In this document: positions 18,210-29,860 of the stretch, in pieces
Layout of the letters: each line of letters begins with the position of its first letter
Numbering within the stretch: the first letter of the stretch is position 1
Notes under the pieces: model-generated
What the model was told of the DNA's origin: nothing
Database searches by the model: none
Seen by the model: the letters and a program-made list of their open reading frames with translations, nothing else
Program-made: the position numbers and the translations under genes
Assembly (NCBI GenBank): GCA_017482565.1
Contig: JAFUMO010000065.1
Span: 1,164-65,163, forward strand
Source: Bacteroidales bacterium
GTDB taxonomy: Bacteria > Bacteroidota > Bacteroidia > Bacteroidales > UBA932
Length of the DNA stretch: 64,000 nucleotides
Direction: 5' to 3'

Positions 18210-19311
18210 GCTCCATTTTAAGTTTCACAAGCCTGCACCAGTCATGAGGAGTATAACCGGTATTAAACTTGAACACATTGGTAAAATTGCTGGATGAACT
18301 GAATCCGCACTGCTCCCCCAGCCCTCTCATATCCGTATCAGGATCCTCTATATAGCGTGAGCACACCTCCTTTACCCTATAATGGTTCACAAACTGGCAG
18401 AAGTTCTTTGATATCCTGGTATTCAAGGCTCTGGAAAGATAGGTCTTGTTGGTCCCTATCATACGTGCAACATCACTTATCTTCACATCCACATTACGGT
18501 AAAGCTTTTCATTTTCAAACAGGGTTATGAGGTTATATATGATTCTCACATCCTCCACCATGGTCTCATTCATCAGCCCTGTCTCCTCTCCCATAAGCTG
18601 TCCTCCCCTTATGCCCCTTCCAAGTATATAGGCCTTCTTCCTCAGATAGGCCCTCTCATTGTACATCAGGCAGGCCGGTTTCTTCAGATACATATATCCA
18701 AGAGGTAGCACCCCGGTAAGGAGAATTGAAGTCATGGCAACAAACTTGTCCTTATCGCAGAACATTATGAGCAATATTGTGCTTCCCGACAACAATACAA
18801 ATGGCAGGGCCCACAACATGGACTTGAATATCTTGCTCACACTTATGGTATGCTTGAGGTACCTTTCATCCCTCCTCTCCACAAACAGGAACAACAGAGG
18901 CAGCATCCACACTGAATTATATATTGCAAGATACCTTTCCGCCCACACAGCATTCCCCACAGAAAGCATGAGTATGGTTTCCGCCAGGATGAAGAGCCCT
19001 GTAAATATGGCAATGTAGGGCATCATCCGTAGCATTCCCTTGTTCAATATCCTGCACCAGAACACATACATTCCAAACATGGCCCCATATACAGAGAGCC
19101 TCATTGCACAAGTTACAATATCTGCCGGGAGGAGCAGTACAACCGGCAATGCCAGTGACATCAGAAAAACCTCATTCCCCGACAGGGCAAATCTGCTGCG
19201 CCTCCACCTGGCGGCTATCAATATCAATACAGCAAGATAAATTACAGATAATAGTTTTGAAAGAATCATAATGGAACAATTTATTGGGTTAATCCCCACA
19301 AATGTACCCAC
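18172..19311 (-). CDS. membrane-anchored AraC family transcriptional regulator
   Basis: 379-aa ORF. About 215 aa form hydrophobic helices, followed by ISDVARMIGTNKTYLSRALNTRISKNFCQFVNHYRVKEV...CGFSSSSNFTNVFKFNTGYTPHDW (a complete AraC HTH pair). Confidence 0.75.
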   Translation of the reverse strand: MGTFVGINPINCSIMILSKLLSVIYLAVLILIAARWRRSRFALSGNEVFLMSLALPVVLLLPADIVTCAMRLSVYGAMFGMYVFWCRILNKGMLRMMPYIAIFTGLFILAETILMLSVGNAVWAERYLAIYNSVWMLPLLFLFVERRDERYLKHTISVSKIFKSMLWALPFVLLSGSTILLIMFCDKDKFVAMTSILLTGVLPLGYMYLKKPACLMYNERAYLRKKAYILGRGIRGGQLMGEETGLMNETMVEDVRIIYNLITLFENEKLYRNVDVKISDVARMIGTNKTYLSRALNTRISKNFCQFVNHYRVKEVCSRYIEDPDTDMRGLGEQCGFSSSSNFTNVFKFNTGYTPHDWCRLVKLKMERDEPVQADDFLL

Positions 19312-19328
19312 TATGTATCCCCTACAAG

Positions 19329-19351
19329 AAAAAAGGGACCTTACAGGTCCC
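19329..19351 (-). terminator. rho-independent terminator after the YitT-family gene
   Basis: Minus strand reads GGGACC-TGTAA-GGTCCC followed by TTTTTT. Confidence 0.65.
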
Positions 19352-19383
19352 AGTTTTTTCTGTTTCTTAAATTTCTTTTTCCA

Positions 19384-20340
19384 TCATTGCTTTATCTGGT
19401 CAAAGCCTTTGCCGTAAACACCTGATACACTGCCTACCGACAAGAAGGCATCCCGGTCTATCTCCCTCACCATCCTGTAAAGGGAACTCATGTCATCCTT
19501 CCTCATAATAACCATCACAATCTTGCTCTGCTGCTTGGTATACCATCCCTGCCCCTCAATAAGGGTTACACCTCTTCCTGTAGTGGAAGTTATGGCATCC
19601 GCAAGCTCAGCATATTTCTTTGAAAATATGAAAATCTGCAATGACTGCTTGGTTCCCGAAATGAACATGTCCACTGAATAGCTGCACGCACCTATAAGGA
19701 TATAGCCGTACAGTATGGTGGCAAACCTCTCGCCCCAGCTCTCAACGCCAACCACAACACCATTGGCATCCAGAATCTCATCAGGAGGGAGGAGCAGCGA
19801 AGATGCAATGATGAAGATATCAAGCAGAAGGATAACCCTTCCTGCCGATATGTTCCTGTATTTTACAATCATCAGGGCAACTATATCCGTACCGCCGGTA
19901 CTGCCTCCCTGAGAGAAGCTTATACCTATACCCAGGCCGGCACATACACCACCGAAGATTGCACACAGGAGCTTACCGTTTGATATGGCTATCTCCTGGA
20001 TAAACACATCCGGAATAAGCGGAGGTACAACCTCATAGAAGATGGATGCAATGATGATTGCATACACCGTCTTCATTCCAAAAGCCTTGCCCAGCACCTT
20101 CAATGCAATAAGCAGCAGCACAAGGTTTATCACAAAGAACGAGGCACTCACCGGAATGTTGAATGCATAGAGAAGAATGGCAGAGATACCGGTAACTCCA
20201 CCACCAACCATATTGTTGGGGATAAGGAATATAATCCATCCCAAAGTATAGAGAAGAAGGCCAAATGTTATTATCAGATACGCCTTTGCCTCTCCCAGAA
20301 CATTTTTTAGCCTATTGTCCATTTCCTTTTTACTTAACAA
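19384..20340 (-). CDS. YitT family membrane protein (DUF2179 C-terminal domain)
   Basis: 318-aa ORF with multi-pass TM helices carrying [13 protein letters not shown] and [14 protein letters not shown] motifs, plus a soluble C-terminal domain ([13 protein letters not shown]...). Confidence 0.7.
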   Translation of the reverse strand: MLSKKEMDNRLKNVLGEAKAYLIITFGLLLYTLGWIIFLIPNNMVGGGVTGISAILLYAFNIPVSASFFVINLVLLLIALKVLGKAFGMKTVYAIIIASIFYEVVPPLIPDVFIQEIAISNGKLLCAIFGGVCAGLGIGISFSQGGSTGGTDIVALMIVKYRNISAGRVILLLDIFIIASSLLLPPDEILDANGVVVGVESWGERFATILYGYILIGACSYSVDMFISGTKQSLQIFIFSKKYAELADAITSTTGRGVTLIEGQGWYTKQQSKIVMVIMRKDDMSSLYRMVREIDRDAFLSVGSVSGVYGKGFDQIKQ

Positions 20341-23144
20341 ACTACATTAATAATCTTACCTGGGACAACTATCACCTTCTTGATACCGTTTTCCCCTACA
20401 TATTTTGAGGTATTTTCATTTGCACGCACTGCCTCTTCAACCTCCTTAGGGGAAAGGCTCTTTGAGAGCTCCATCTTGAACCTCATCTTTCCATTGAAGG
20501 ATACAGGGTACTCAAATGAATCCTCAACTGTGTATGCCTCAACATATTCAGGGAATACTGCAGTTGAAACGCTCTCCTTGTGCCCCAAAAGGCTCCACAG
20601 TTCCTCTGTAATGTGAGGGGCAAACGGAGAAAGCAGGATTACAAGCGGCTCCAGAATCTCCTTCTTGCTGCATTTGAGGTCCTGAAGTTCGTTCAATGCA
20701 ATCATGAACGCACTTACAGAGGTATTGAACGAGAAGTTCTCAATATCTGTCCCCACCTTGTTTATCAGCTTGTGCAGTGCCTTTAGCTCGGCAAGGGAAG
20801 CCTTCTCATCCGAAACCTTCCAGTTACCCTCCTTGTTCCAGAACATTCTCCAGAACTTCTTGAGGAACCTGTTCACACCATCAATACCCTTGGTATCCCA
20901 AGGCTTGCTCTGCTCAAGAGGGCCCAGGAACATCTCATAAAGCCTCAGGGTATCCGCTCCGTAAGAGTTGCAGATATTGTCGGGATTAACCACATTGAAC
21001 ATTGATTTGCTCATCTTCTCTACCGCCCAGCCGCAGATATACTCCCCGTCCTCAAGAATGAACTCCGCATTTGCATAGTCAGGCATCCATGCCTTAAAGG
21101 CTTCAATATCAAGATGGTCATTGGTAACAATGTTTACATCCACGTGGATCTCAGTAGTGTCATACTCATCCTTGAGACCGCATGAAACAAATGTATTTGT
21201 ATTCTTTATCCTGTATACGAAGTTAGAACGGCCCTGGATCATACCCTGGTTGATGAGCTTCTTGAACGGCTCCTTCTCAACCACATAGCCAAGGTCATAG
21301 AGGAACTTGTTCCAGAACCTTGAGTAGATGAGGTGTCCTGTAGCATGCTCTGTACCTCCTATGTAGAGGTCAACGTTCCTCCAGTATGCATCAATATCCT
21401 TATCCACAAGGGCAGAGTCATTTGCAGGGTCCATATACCTGAGGTAGTATGCGCTGCTGCCTGCAAAGCCTGGCATTGTACTCTTTTCCAGCGGGTAGCC
21501 GTTGTATGTCCAGTTCTCTGCCCTTGCCAAAGGCGGCTCACCGTCCTCTGTAGGGAGGAACTTGTCAACCTCAGGCAGCTGCAGGGGCAGTTCCTCCTCA
21601 GGCACAGGGGTTGCAATGCCGTCCTTATAGTATATTGGGAACGGCTCGCCCCAGTATCTCTGCCTTGAGAAGATTGCATCCCTCAACCTGTAGTTGATCT
21701 TCCTTCTTCCTATACCAAGCCTCTCAACTTCGTCTATTGCAGCAGGAATGGCCTCCTTTACTGTCATCCCGGTAAGGAACCCGCTGTTGCACATGATTCC
21801 CTCCTTTGCATCAAAGCTCTCATTGCTCACATCACATCCCTCAATGAGCGGTATTATAGGGAGGTTGAATGTCCTTGCAAAATTGTAGTCACGGCTGTCA
21901 TGTGCAGGAACCGCCATGATGGCACCTGTACCGTAACCTGCAAGCACATACTCTGAAACCCATACAGGAACCTTATCACCGGTGAACGGGTTCACTGCGT
22001 AAGAACCTGTGAATACTCCTGTAACCTTCCTGGTCTCGGCAATCCTCTCACGCTCTGTCTTTTTCTTTGCCTCAAGCAGGTATGCCTCCACTGCCTCCTT
22101 CTGCCCTTTGGTGGTAAGTTTTGCAACCCACTCGCTCTCAGGAGCCAGCACCATAAATGTTACCCCGAATACTGTATCAGCGCGGGTTGTAAAAATTGTC
22201 ATGTCATACTCAGCAGCCTCTCCCTCGGCAGGATCTGTATTGGCCACCTTGAATATCATCTCGGCACCCTGAGACTTGCCTATCCAGTTCTTCTGCATCT
22301 CCTTGAGCGCATCTGTCCACTCCAGCTCCTCCATATCTGCAAGGAGTCTCTCCGCATATGCAGAAACCCTCAGCTGCCACTGCTTCATCTTCTTCTGCTC
22401 CACAGGATGTCCACCCCTTACGGAAAGCCCCTCCTTCACCTCATCATTTGCAAGCACGGTTCCGAGTGCAGGGCACCAGTTTACCGCTGTCTCACCCTGA
22501 TATGCAATCCTGTACTGCATGAGGACATTGCTCTTCTCAAGCTCTGTAAAGGTGTTCCACTGTTCAGCAGTAAATGCAGGCACATCTCCGCACGCTGCAT
22601 CAATATGTGCGTTTCCCTCCCTTGCAAATATTTCCTCCAACTCACTGATAGGACACGCCTTGGCTGCCTTGTTGTTATAGTATGAGCCGAACATCTTCAG
22701 GAATGCCCACTGTGTCCATTTATAATAACCGGGGTCACAAGTCCTTATCTCTCGGCTCCAGTCGTACGAGAAACCTATGCGGTCCATCTGCTCACGGTAC
22801 CTGTTGATGTTCTTCTCTGTAGTGGTGGCAGGGTGCTGCCCTGTCTGGATTGCATATTGTTCTGCAGGAAGTCCGAATGCATCATATCCCATAGGATGGA
22901 GCACATTGAAACCCTTCAGTCTTTTGTATCTGCTGTAGATATCACTTGCAATGTAACCGAGGGGATGCCCCACATGCAAGCCTGCTCCCGATGGATATGG
23001 GAACATGTCAAGAACATAATATTTTGGCTTTGAGGAATCTGTCTCAACCTTGAACGTACCGTTCTTCGCCCAGAATTCCTGCCATTTCTTCTCAATGTCT
23101 AAAAAATTGTACTCCATTTCAGATTGTATTTGTTCAACCTGCAA
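20334..23144 (-). CDS. leuS: leucine--tRNA ligase
   Basis: 936-aa [11 protein letters not shown] (HIGH) and KMSKS motifs are present, and the sequence is LeuS-like throughout. Confidence 0.95.
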   Translation of the reverse strand: MQVEQIQSEMEYNFLDIEKKWQEFWAKNGTFKVETDSSKPKYYVLDMFPYPSGAGLHVGHPLGYIASDIYSRYKRLKGFNVLHPMGYDAFGLPAEQYAIQTGQHPATTTEKNINRYREQMDRIGFSYDWSREIRTCDPGYYKWTQWAFLKMFGSYYNNKAAKACPISELEEIFAREGNAHIDAACGDVPAFTAEQWNTFTELEKSNVLMQYRIAYQGETAVNWCPALGTVLANDEVKEGLSVRGGHPVEQKKMKQWQLRVSAYAERLLADMEELEWTDALKEMQKNWIGKSQGAEMIFKVANTDPAEGEAAEYDMTIFTTRADTVFGVTFMVLAPESEWVAKLTTKGQKEAVEAYLLEAKKKTERERIAETRKVTGVFTGSYAVNPFTGDKVPVWVSEYVLAGYGTGAIMAVPAHDSRDYNFARTFNLPIIPLIEGCDVSNESFDAKEGIMCNSGFLTGMTVKEAIPAAIDEVERLGIGRRKINYRLRDAIFSRQRYWGEPFPIYYKDGIATPVPEEELPLQLPEVDKFLPTEDGEPPLARAENWTYNGYPLEKSTMPGFAGSSAYYLRYMDPANDSALVDKDIDAYWRNVDLYIGGTEHATGHLIYSRFWNKFLYDLGYVVEKEPFKKLINQGMIQGRSNFVYRIKNTNTFVSCGLKDEYDTTEIHVDVNIVTNDHLDIEAFKAWMPDYANAEFILEDGEYICGWAVEKMSKSMFNVVNPDNICNSYGADTLRLYEMFLGPLEQSKPWDTKGIDGVNRFLKKFWRMFWNKEGNWKVSDEKASLAELKALHKLINKVGTDIENFSFNTSVSAFMIALNELQDLKCSKKEILEPLVILLSPFAPHITEELWSLLGHKESVSTAVFPEYVEAYTVEDSFEYPVSFNGKMRFKMELSKSLSPKEVEEAVRANENTSKYVGENGIKKVIVVPGKIINVVC

Positions 23145-23161
23145 ATGTAGTACAATTTTAC

Positions 23162-24496
23162 TTATTTCTTAATTTTAAATGTGGAGGTTTTTGAGAGTTT
23201 GAACTCTACCGGAACCGATACCCTCACACTCACATTCTTTCCTCCCACCTGTGCCGGCTTCCACTTGGGTGAGGCCTGTATCACCTTTACCACCTGGGCA
23301 TCAAGCTCATCATCCACTCCGCGCACTATCTCCACATCCTTCACCTTGCCTGCCTTGTCCACAACAAACTCAGCAATTACCCTGCCTCCTATGCCATTCC
23401 TTATTGCACTCTCGGGATACTTGATATACTCATATACCCATCTGTTGAGGAACTGGGTCTCATCCCCATGCAGGAAAGTTGCCCTCTTGTCAACTGTACT
23501 CTGGGTATATACAGTCTCCTTGGCATCCCCCTCCTTCTGCTGCTCCACATTCCTCCCGGAAGCAGCCATTATCCTCCCATCCCTGTTGGCAATCACCTCT
23601 ACCATGGCAGATACATACTCCACAAGCTGCTCCATCTGCCCATAATCAAGCTTGTCCGGAGTATCCCTCACTGTATGATAATCCCTGTGCACCCCGGAGG
23701 TGAAGAGGGCCACAGGAATCCCTTTCTCATAGAAAAGCCTGTGGTCTGAGGGGAAATAGTCTGTTGGGGTATATTTTGGTGCTATGCTCAGTGCCCTTCC
23801 CGACAGCATGTTGATTATCTCCATCAGCTCCACATTTGCATCGGCAGTATAGACCTGCATTGTATTCTCCCTGCCGCTGCGCCCAACCATATCCAGGTTT
23901 ATCATGGCCACGATATCATCCACATGATTGAAGGAGCGGTTGAGGAAATACCAGCTTCCAACCATACCAAGCTCCTCCGCCCCGAAGAAGGCAAATATGA
24001 CAGACCTCCTGAAGAGCCCTCCTTGCAGCGCAACCTGTTTTGCCACCTCCAGCATTGTGGCCACTCCTGAGGCGTTATCATCCGCTCCGAAGAATATCTG
24101 CCTCTCACTTTTTCCGTCCCTTGTAAGCAATGATGTACCCAGATGGTCATAGTGGGCACCTACAACCACATACTCGTTCCTCAGCTGGGGATCATACCCT
24201 TCAACTATACCTATCACATTTCTTGAATGGATGGTATCCCCCTGAAGGGCAACATAGAAATCCTCTCCATCCCTTGGAGAGAGCATCACCACCCCGGCCT
24301 TGAGCAGCTGGTCATGGAGATATCTTGCCACTTCAAGCTCCTGAGGAGTGCCTGCCCCCCTTCCAAGACGGGCGGAATCCGTAAGATATTCCACATTCCT
24401 CCTGAGACATATCCCTATTGAATCAATGTGCTGTCCCCACACCATACATGGCATGAGAAACAGGACAAACAGCAGTACGAATCTTGATCTTCTCAT
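23162..24496 (-). CDS. M28 family aminopeptidase fused to a TonB C-terminal-like domain
   Basis: Start chosen at [22 protein letters not shown] (signal peptide). The M28 core reads NVIGIVEG...[11 protein letters not shown]...[14 protein letters not shown]...[12 protein letters not shown]. The last ~85 aa read [65 protein letters not shown], which resembles TonB_C. Confidence 0.7.
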   Translation of the reverse strand: MRRSRFVLLFVLFLMPCMVWGQHIDSIGICLRRNVEYLTDSARLGRGAGTPQELEVARYLHDQLLKAGVVMLSPRDGEDFYVALQGDTIHSRNVIGIVEGYDPQLRNEYVVVGAHYDHLGTSLLTRDGKSERQIFFGADDNASGVATMLEVAKQVALQGGLFRRSVIFAFFGAEELGMVGSWYFLNRSFNHVDDIVAMINLDMVGRSGRENTMQVYTADANVELMEIINMLSGRALSIAPKYTPTDYFPSDHRLFYEKGIPVALFTSGVHRDYHTVRDTPDKLDYGQMEQLVEYVSAMVEVIANRDGRIMAASGRNVEQQKEGDAKETVYTQSTVDKRATFLHGDETQFLNRWVYEYIKYPESAIRNGIGGRVIAEFVVDKAGKVKDVEIVRGVDDELDAQVVKVIQASPKWKPAQVGGKNVSVRVSVPVEFKLSKTSTFKIKK

Positions 24497-24646
24497 AAAA
24501 ATCCATTTTAAAACCGGCATCATTGCCAATTCTGTACCAGAATGTCTGATAAACGACAAATCCTCCGCAGCTGCACAGCGGAGCCGCGGAGGAGATACCT
24601 TCTGCATTGCCGGGAACATGCTGTCCCTGGCTGCTTAAAGTGCCTG

Positions 24647-25750
24647 CTATTTGAAGAAAGGAGGTTTTACTACAACTGCCTTGAGCAATTTGTCCCTTAC
24701 CTTTATATAAATCTCAGAACCGAGCTTGTAATAAGGTGCTGCAGCATATGCAAGGCCTACTGCCTTTCCGCAAGTAGGGCCCATTGTGCCTGAAGTAACC
24801 ACTCCAATCACATTGCCCTCTGCATCACAAACCTCGTAGCCGTGGCGTGGAACACCCCTGTCAACGAGCTCAAATCCGCAAAGTCTCCTTGTAAGGCCGT
24901 CAGCCTTCTGTTTCAGCATGTAATCCCTGTCAATGAAGTCTCCTTTAACATCATTGAACTTGGTAATCCATGCGAGGTTTGCCTCAAGTGGAGAAGTGGT
25001 ATCATCAATATCGTTGCCATACAGGCAGAAGCCCGCCTCAAGCCTCAAGGTATCACGCGCACCCAGGCCTATAGGGCGGATACCCTCTGGCGCGCCTGCC
25101 TCAAAGATACCGTTCCACAGCTTGTCCGCATCCTCATTTGCAACATATACCTCACATCCGCCTGAACCGGTGTAGCCGGTTGTTGAGAATATTGCGTTTG
25201 GAATGCCTGCAACTGTACATTTCTTGAATGTGTAGTACTCCATATCCTCCACAGGGGCATCACAGATCCTCTGCATGATCTTGAGTGCATTAGGGCCCTG
25301 GATTGCAAGCTGGCAGATCTCATCTGATGCATTGTAAAGCTCCTTGCCCGGAGTGATGTTGAATTTAGGGGCAACTGAACAAAGATGATTCCAGTCCTTC
25401 TCAATGTTAGCAGCATTCACTACAAGGAAATATGTCTCGCTGTCTATGCAATAGACGAGCAGATCATCAACTATACCGCCCTTTCCGTTAGGGAAGCATG
25501 AGTACTGCACTTTCCCAGGAGTGAGTACAGAAACATCATTTGAAGTCACATACTGGCAGAATGCAAGCGCATTGGGACCCTTGACCCAGAACTCACCCAT
25601 GTGGGAAACATCAAATACACCCACATTGTTCCTTACTGCATTATGCTCATCCTTAATTCCCACATACTCAATTGGCATGTTATAGCCTGCAAATGGGACC
25701 ATCTTTGCACCCAAATCAATGTGCTTTTGGGTAAACGCTGTAGTTTTCAT
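24647..25750 (-). CDS. gcvT: glycine cleavage system aminomethyltransferase GcvT
   Basis: 367-aa [32 protein letters not shown]...[10 protein letters not shown]...[11 protein letters not shown] are classic GcvT motifs. Confidence 0.92.
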   Translation of the reverse strand: MKTTAFTQKHIDLGAKMVPFAGYNMPIEYVGIKDEHNAVRNNVGVFDVSHMGEFWVKGPNALAFCQYVTSNDVSVLTPGKVQYSCFPNGKGGIVDDLLVYCIDSETYFLVVNAANIEKDWNHLCSVAPKFNITPGKELYNASDEICQLAIQGPNALKIMQRICDAPVEDMEYYTFKKCTVAGIPNAIFSTTGYTGSGGCEVYVANEDADKLWNGIFEAGAPEGIRPIGLGARDTLRLEAGFCLYGNDIDDTTSPLEANLAWITKFNDVKGDFIDRDYMLKQKADGLTRRLCGFELVDRGVPRHGYEVCDAEGNVIGVVTSGTMGPTCGKAVGLAYAAAPYYKLGSEIYIKVRDKLLKAVVVKPPFFK

Positions 25751-25783
25751 TTGTTTTTCAAGTGTTTATGTTTGTAATACGTT

Positions 25784-26251
25784 TTACTTGTGAAGTCCTT
25801 GTGAGGCATCATATATCCACACGTCATCAGGGCACAGGTCCAGTTCCCACACTTCCCTTATCTGTGCCGCCGCCTCCTGCATGGTTGCATTCCCGCCAAG
25901 GGATACCATCATGTAATCCCTCTTGAGCTCTATCTTGCGCGGTGAATACCCTTTCTTCTCCAGATATTCTGCAAATGCATCCGCATTGCGGTAATCCTTG
26001 AACGAGCCCAATATAACATGATATCCCCCAACTGCCTCCACCTTAGGGCGGGCATTGAGGAGGGAATCCTGCAAAGCCTTTTCCCTTGCAGCCTGCTCCA
26101 GGCTGTCCTTACGGTGCAGCTCCACCCTCATCTTTGCTATATCATCAGCAGTAGGCATCCCCATCCTGCCTTTCACCCAGTCACATCCCTGCAGTACCGA
26201 TAAGGCCAGGACACACACTGCCACAAGTTTCAGTTTTGCAAAATATTCCAT
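25784..26251 (-). CDS. SPOR domain-containing lipoprotein
   Basis: 155-aa ORF with lipobox VLQGC. C-terminal GGYHVILGSFKDYRNADAFAEYLEKKGYSPRKIE is a SPOR pattern. Confidence 0.65.
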   Translation of the reverse strand: MEYFAKLKLVAVCVLALSVLQGCDWVKGRMGMPTADDIAKMRVELHRKDSLEQAAREKALQDSLLNARPKVEAVGGYHVILGSFKDYRNADAFAEYLEKKGYSPRKIELKRDYMMVSLGGNATMQEAAAQIREVWELDLCPDDVWIYDASQGLHK

Positions 26252-26333
26252 TCTAAAAAATCAATAAGCCTCTTACAAATGTAGGAAATAATGGTTCAAT
26301 CACAAAAAAAATGTATATTTACATCTATAACTT

Positions 26334-27545
26334 ATGCAGATGACAAGAAAACTTCCTATAAAGCTCCTTTTGCTATGCCTCCTCCTTGTGGCAGTTGCCC
26401 CGGCGGCTTCAGGCAGCAGGAAAAAAAAGGCACGCCCTGCCATGGAGATGCCACGCCTGCGCCTTGTGATGGAAAAGGATGTGACTTGTACCCGGGTCCT
26501 GAGATCAGGAAGGGCAGTAAGCCTGCTGGATACCATAAGCATAACTTTCATAGGTGATGTAATGCAGCACGGGAAACAGCTCCAGAGCGCACTCATTGGA
26601 GGTGCAGACCCCAATCTGCCGGAATCTTACGATTATTCACACGCATTCAGGCATATTGAGAAAACGCTCAGCAGAGCAGACATTGCCGTTGCCAACATGG
26701 AGTTTCCCACAGGTATACCGCCGTACAGCGGATACCCCATATTCTCGGCACCGGAATCAATAGCCTGGGAAGCCCGGAAGTGTGGCATAGACCTGTTCCT
26801 TCTTGCCAACAACCATATTCTGGACAAGGGGAAGAGAGGATTTCTCAGTACCCTCAAGATATATGATGACATGAGGATAAGATATGCCGGCGCATACCGG
26901 GATTCACTGCAGCAACGGCAGGAGAACCCAGCCTTCTTCAACATAAAGGGGATAAGGGTTGCCATACTGAACTTCACTTACGGCACAAACGGTTTCAGCA
27001 TTCCCCATCCATGCGTGGTGAACCTTATGGACTCCGTGCGTGTTAAGGAAGATATAGCAAAGGCACGGAAAATGGGAGCAGACATCATAATATGCACGCC
27101 ACACTGGGGGGAGGAGTATCAGCTCAGGCCATCGGTTCACCAGAAGAGATGGGCAAGGATGCTGCTCAGGGAGGGAGTTAAGGTAATTGTAGGGAGCCAC
27201 CCGCATGTTCCACAGTCTGCAGAGATTTCTCCGGAGCATATATTGTTCTACTCTCTGGGCAATTACATAAGCAACCAGACCACACCGGACTACACACAGC
27301 TGGAGCTGATGGTGACAATAAACATACAAAAGAACAACCATACTGGTGAAACTACACTGCTGAAGCCTGAATACGAGTTCCTCTGGTGCTTCAAGAAAGA
27401 TGAGTTTGCACCATGCTATACGGTTGTTCCGGTAAAGGAACTGCTTGGCAGGGAAGAGCTGGTAAGGGACAAGTACCAGTACCGCAGGATGGTGGTGACA
27501 TGGGAGAAGTTCACAGGACAAGGACTTATTAAGGAAACATTCTAA
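26334..27545 (+). CDS. CapA family (PGA_cap metallophosphatase-like) protein
   Basis: 403-aa ORF with a signal peptide. ITFIGDVMQHG...VANMEFP...LANNHILDKGKRG...PHWGEEY motifs are present. Confidence 0.75.
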   Translation: MQMTRKLPIKLLLLCLLLVAVAPAASGSRKKKARPAMEMPRLRLVMEKDVTCTRVLRSGRAVSLLDTISITFIGDVMQHGKQLQSALIGGADPNLPESYDYSHAFRHIEKTLSRADIAVANMEFPTGIPPYSGYPIFSAPESIAWEARKCGIDLFLLANNHILDKGKRGFLSTLKIYDDMRIRYAGAYRDSLQQRQENPAFFNIKGIRVAILNFTYGTNGFSIPHPCVVNLMDSVRVKEDIAKARKMGADIIICTPHWGEEYQLRPSVHQKRWARMLLREGVKVIVGSHPHVPQSAEISPEHILFYSLGNYISNQTTPDYTQLELMVTINIQKNNHTGETTLLKPEYEFLWCFKKDEFAPCYTVVPVKELLGREELVRDKYQYRRMVVTWEKFTGQGLIKETF

Positions 27546-27556
27546 ACTTTACGGAT

Positions 27557-28552
27557 ATGGCTGAAAAGAAGATTGAACTATTTGAAATTGACCCGGTTGA
27601 CATTTTTGGAGTTAATGACAGGCTGCTGAACAGGCTTGCCAACTACTATCCCAAGCTGAAGGTTGTGGCCAGGGGAAATACCATATCCCTGAAGGGGACG
27701 GGTAAGGATATTGCCGCATTTGAGGCAAACATTGATGCCCTGATAACCAAAAGGAGGAAGAAGAGGAGCCTGAATATGGATGACATAGACCAGCTGTTTG
27801 AAGATTCTGACTACGGCATAGGAAGCAGCGCCCTCAACACACTTGAAATGACGGCAGAGGGGCTGAAGGGGGGATATGCGGATGAGAAGAGCGACATCAT
27901 AGTTTTCGGCAATGACGGGAAGATAGTGAGGGCACGTACCAAGAACCAGAAGAAGCTGGTTGAGGAGTACTACAAGAATGACCTCATATTTGCATTGGGA
28001 CCTGCCGGAACCGGAAAGACCTACACAGCCATTGCACTTGCAGTAAGGGCACTCAAGAACAGGGAGGTGAAAAAGCTTATCCTTACCAGGCCTGCAGTGG
28101 AGGCCGGAGAGAGGCTCGGCTTCCTGCCAGGTGACCTCAAGGACAAGCTGGACCCGTATCTTCAGCCATTGTACGACGCCCTGCTGGACATGATTCCGCC
28201 ACAAAAGCTGAAACTGCTGATGGAAGAGGGGACAATCCAGATAGCACCTCTGGCATATATGAGAGGCCGCACTCTTGAAAGTGCATTTGTGATTCTTGAT
28301 GAGGCCCAGAATACAAGCCTGGGACAGTTGAAGATGTTCCTTACAAGAATGGGCAACAATGCCAAATTCATCGTAACAGGTGATGCCACACAGATAGACC
28401 TTCCCAACAAGGCAGACTCAGGACTCGCCAGAGGCGTTGCCATGCTCAAGGGAGTAAAGGGGATAAGCATAATCAACTTCAACAAGGAAGATATAGTAAG
28501 GCATCCTCTTGTAAGCAAGATTGTAAAGATATTCGACTCTGAACAGGAATAA
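27557..28552 (+). CDS. PhoH family ATPase
   Basis: 331-aa ORF. Walker A GPAGTGKTYTAIALAV, FVILDEAQN, and overall PhoH/YbeZ likeness. Confidence 0.88.
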   Translation: MAEKKIELFEIDPVDIFGVNDRLLNRLANYYPKLKVVARGNTISLKGTGKDIAAFEANIDALITKRRKKRSLNMDDIDQLFEDSDYGIGSSALNTLEMTAEGLKGGYADEKSDIIVFGNDGKIVRARTKNQKKLVEEYYKNDLIFALGPAGTGKTYTAIALAVRALKNREVKKLILTRPAVEAGERLGFLPGDLKDKLDPYLQPLYDALLDMIPPQKLKLLMEEGTIQIAPLAYMRGRTLESAFVILDEAQNTSLGQLKMFLTRMGNNAKFIVTGDATQIDLPNKADSGLARGVAMLKGVKGISIINFNKEDIVRHPLVSKIVKIFDSEQE

Positions 28553-28601
28553 GCAAGAATATACTGATACTGTATATCAAAAAATGCCTGTAAAGGTATT
28601 T

Positions 28602-29438
28602 TTACCAAGAGCCCCCGGCACCACCACCGCCAAAAGACCCTCCTCCAAATCCTCCGAAGCCGCCGCCTCCGCCTGACCATCCGCCTCCGAAGCTGCCGCT
28701 GCTCCTCCCTCTGGAACCGGTTGCATTGCCGAGAATTGAACCCAGAATAAAGGCATCAGCAGCTGAAAAGCCGTTCCCACCCCTGTGGTTGCCACCGCCC
28801 ATGTTGCGGTTATTCTTATTGCCTGAAACCAGGATCAGCATCACTACAAAACCTATGAAAAAGAGCATGAATACGGCCGCAGCCAAGGCTCCGTCATCCT
28901 CCCCCCCGGAAAACTCGTCTGTTGAGATTTCACCTGAGATTACAGGCATCATGACATCCAACGCAGCCTGTACACCGCCATAGTAGTCATTATCCTTGAA
29001 ATATGGTATCATGGCCCTCTCAATCACACGCCTTGCAAAGGCATCTGTAACAGCCCCTTCAAGGCCATAGCCCGTTGCTATGAAGACCTCTCCTGAAGAG
29101 GAGCCTGTCTTGGGCTTTATGAGAATCACTATGCCGTTATCAAACTTGTCCTGCCCTACGCCCCACTCCTCTCCTATACTGTAGGCGAGCTGGGCTTTGT
29201 CATATCCGTAAAGTTCCGGTACGGTTACAATTGCTATCTGGTTTGATGTTGTATCGGCAAAGATTGCCGTCCTGTATTCAAGGCGGGCAGCCTGCTCATC
29301 TGAGAAGATTCCCGCGAGGTCATTCACAAGACGGGGCGGCTCAGGGCGCTGGGGTACCTGTGCACACACAATGCCTGCCACAAGAAGCAGCACTGCAAGA
29401 AGAATATGCCTGAACTTATTTGCCATATGAAATCTCAT
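28602..29438 (-). CDS. TPM domain-containing membrane protein (YgcG-like) with Gly-rich tail
   Basis: 278-aa ORF with signal peptide, TPM-like core (VNDLAGIFSDEQ...IAIVTV...), a TM helix and a GGGxGG-rich C-terminus. Third gene of a LemA-TPM-TPM operon. Confidence 0.7.
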   Translation of the reverse strand: MRFHMANKFRHILLAVLLLVAGIVCAQVPQRPEPPRLVNDLAGIFSDEQAARLEYRTAIFADTTSNQIAIVTVPELYGYDKAQLAYSIGEEWGVGQDKFDNGIVILIKPKTGSSSGEVFIATGYGLEGAVTDAFARRVIERAMIPYFKDNDYYGGVQAALDVMMPVISGEISTDEFSGGEDDGALAAAVFMLFFIGFVVMLILVSGNKNNRNMGGGNHRGGNGFSAADAFILGSILGNATGSRGRSSGSFGGGWSGGGGGFGGFGGGSFGGGGAGGSW

Positions 29439-29853
29439 CCGGCTGTTCGTTTATATCATCGCTCTTATAAGGGAAATACCTCTTGAGCTGCTCACCGGCA
29501 CTCCTTATTGCATCTGCAAGGCCCTGGGAATACTCCCCTCTGGAGAATGACTCTCCCATCCTTGCCTTTATGCTGTCCCAGAAATTGTCGGGAACTGCAT
29601 TGTTGATGCCCGCATCCCCTATTATTGCAAACTTGCGGCTCCCAACCGCAACATAGATAAGGACCCCATTCCTTGCTGCTGTCCTGTACATCTTCAGATA
29701 GTTGAAGATATAGACCGCCCGCTGCAGCGGATCCCCGCCACACATGGTTTCCAGATGTACCCTTATCTCCCCGGAGGTATTGAGTTCCGCCTCCCTGATG
29801 GCCTGTACAATCTGTCTTTCACCCTCTTTGCCTATGAACTCCTTTGCCTTCAC
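29416..29853 (-). CDS. TPM domain-containing protein (small, cytoplasmic type)
   Basis: 145-aa ORF. IVQAIREAELNTSGEIRVHLE...GVLIYVAVGSRKFAIIGDAGIN matches the pattern, and the gene sits between LemA and the larger TPM gene. Confidence 0.65.
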   Translation of the reverse strand: MKAKEFIGKEGERQIVQAIREAELNTSGEIRVHLETMCGGDPLQRAVYIFNYLKMYRTAARNGVLIYVAVGSRKFAIIGDAGINNAVPDNFWDSIKARMGESFSRGEYSQGLADAIRSAGEQLKRYFPYKSDDINEQPDEISYGK

Positions 29854-29860
29854 CGGTAAT

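Noticed and set aside
23162-24619. Longer N-terminal extensions given by the ORF track for this gene and for those at 14344, 31576, 43907, 46553, 50330, 51894 and 62153.
   Set aside because: In each case an internal ATG gives a canonical signal peptide, lipobox or family N-terminus. That ATG is better placed relative to a TAnnTTTG motif or avoids overlap with the neighbouring gene or terminator.
25751-25783. Looked for a glycine riboswitch upstream of gcvT.
   Set aside because: Only 33 nt separate gcvT from the upstream SPOR gene, which leaves no room for the tandem aptamers. gcvT is probably co-transcribed.
28602-28760. Gly-rich repetitive coding stretch (GGGWSGGGGGFGGFGGGSFGGGGAGG), with long antisense ORFs over it, as a possible novel repeat element.
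   Set aside because: This is the typical low-complexity C-terminal tail of YgcG-like TPM membrane proteins in LemA-TPM operons. The antisense ORFs are composition artefacts.
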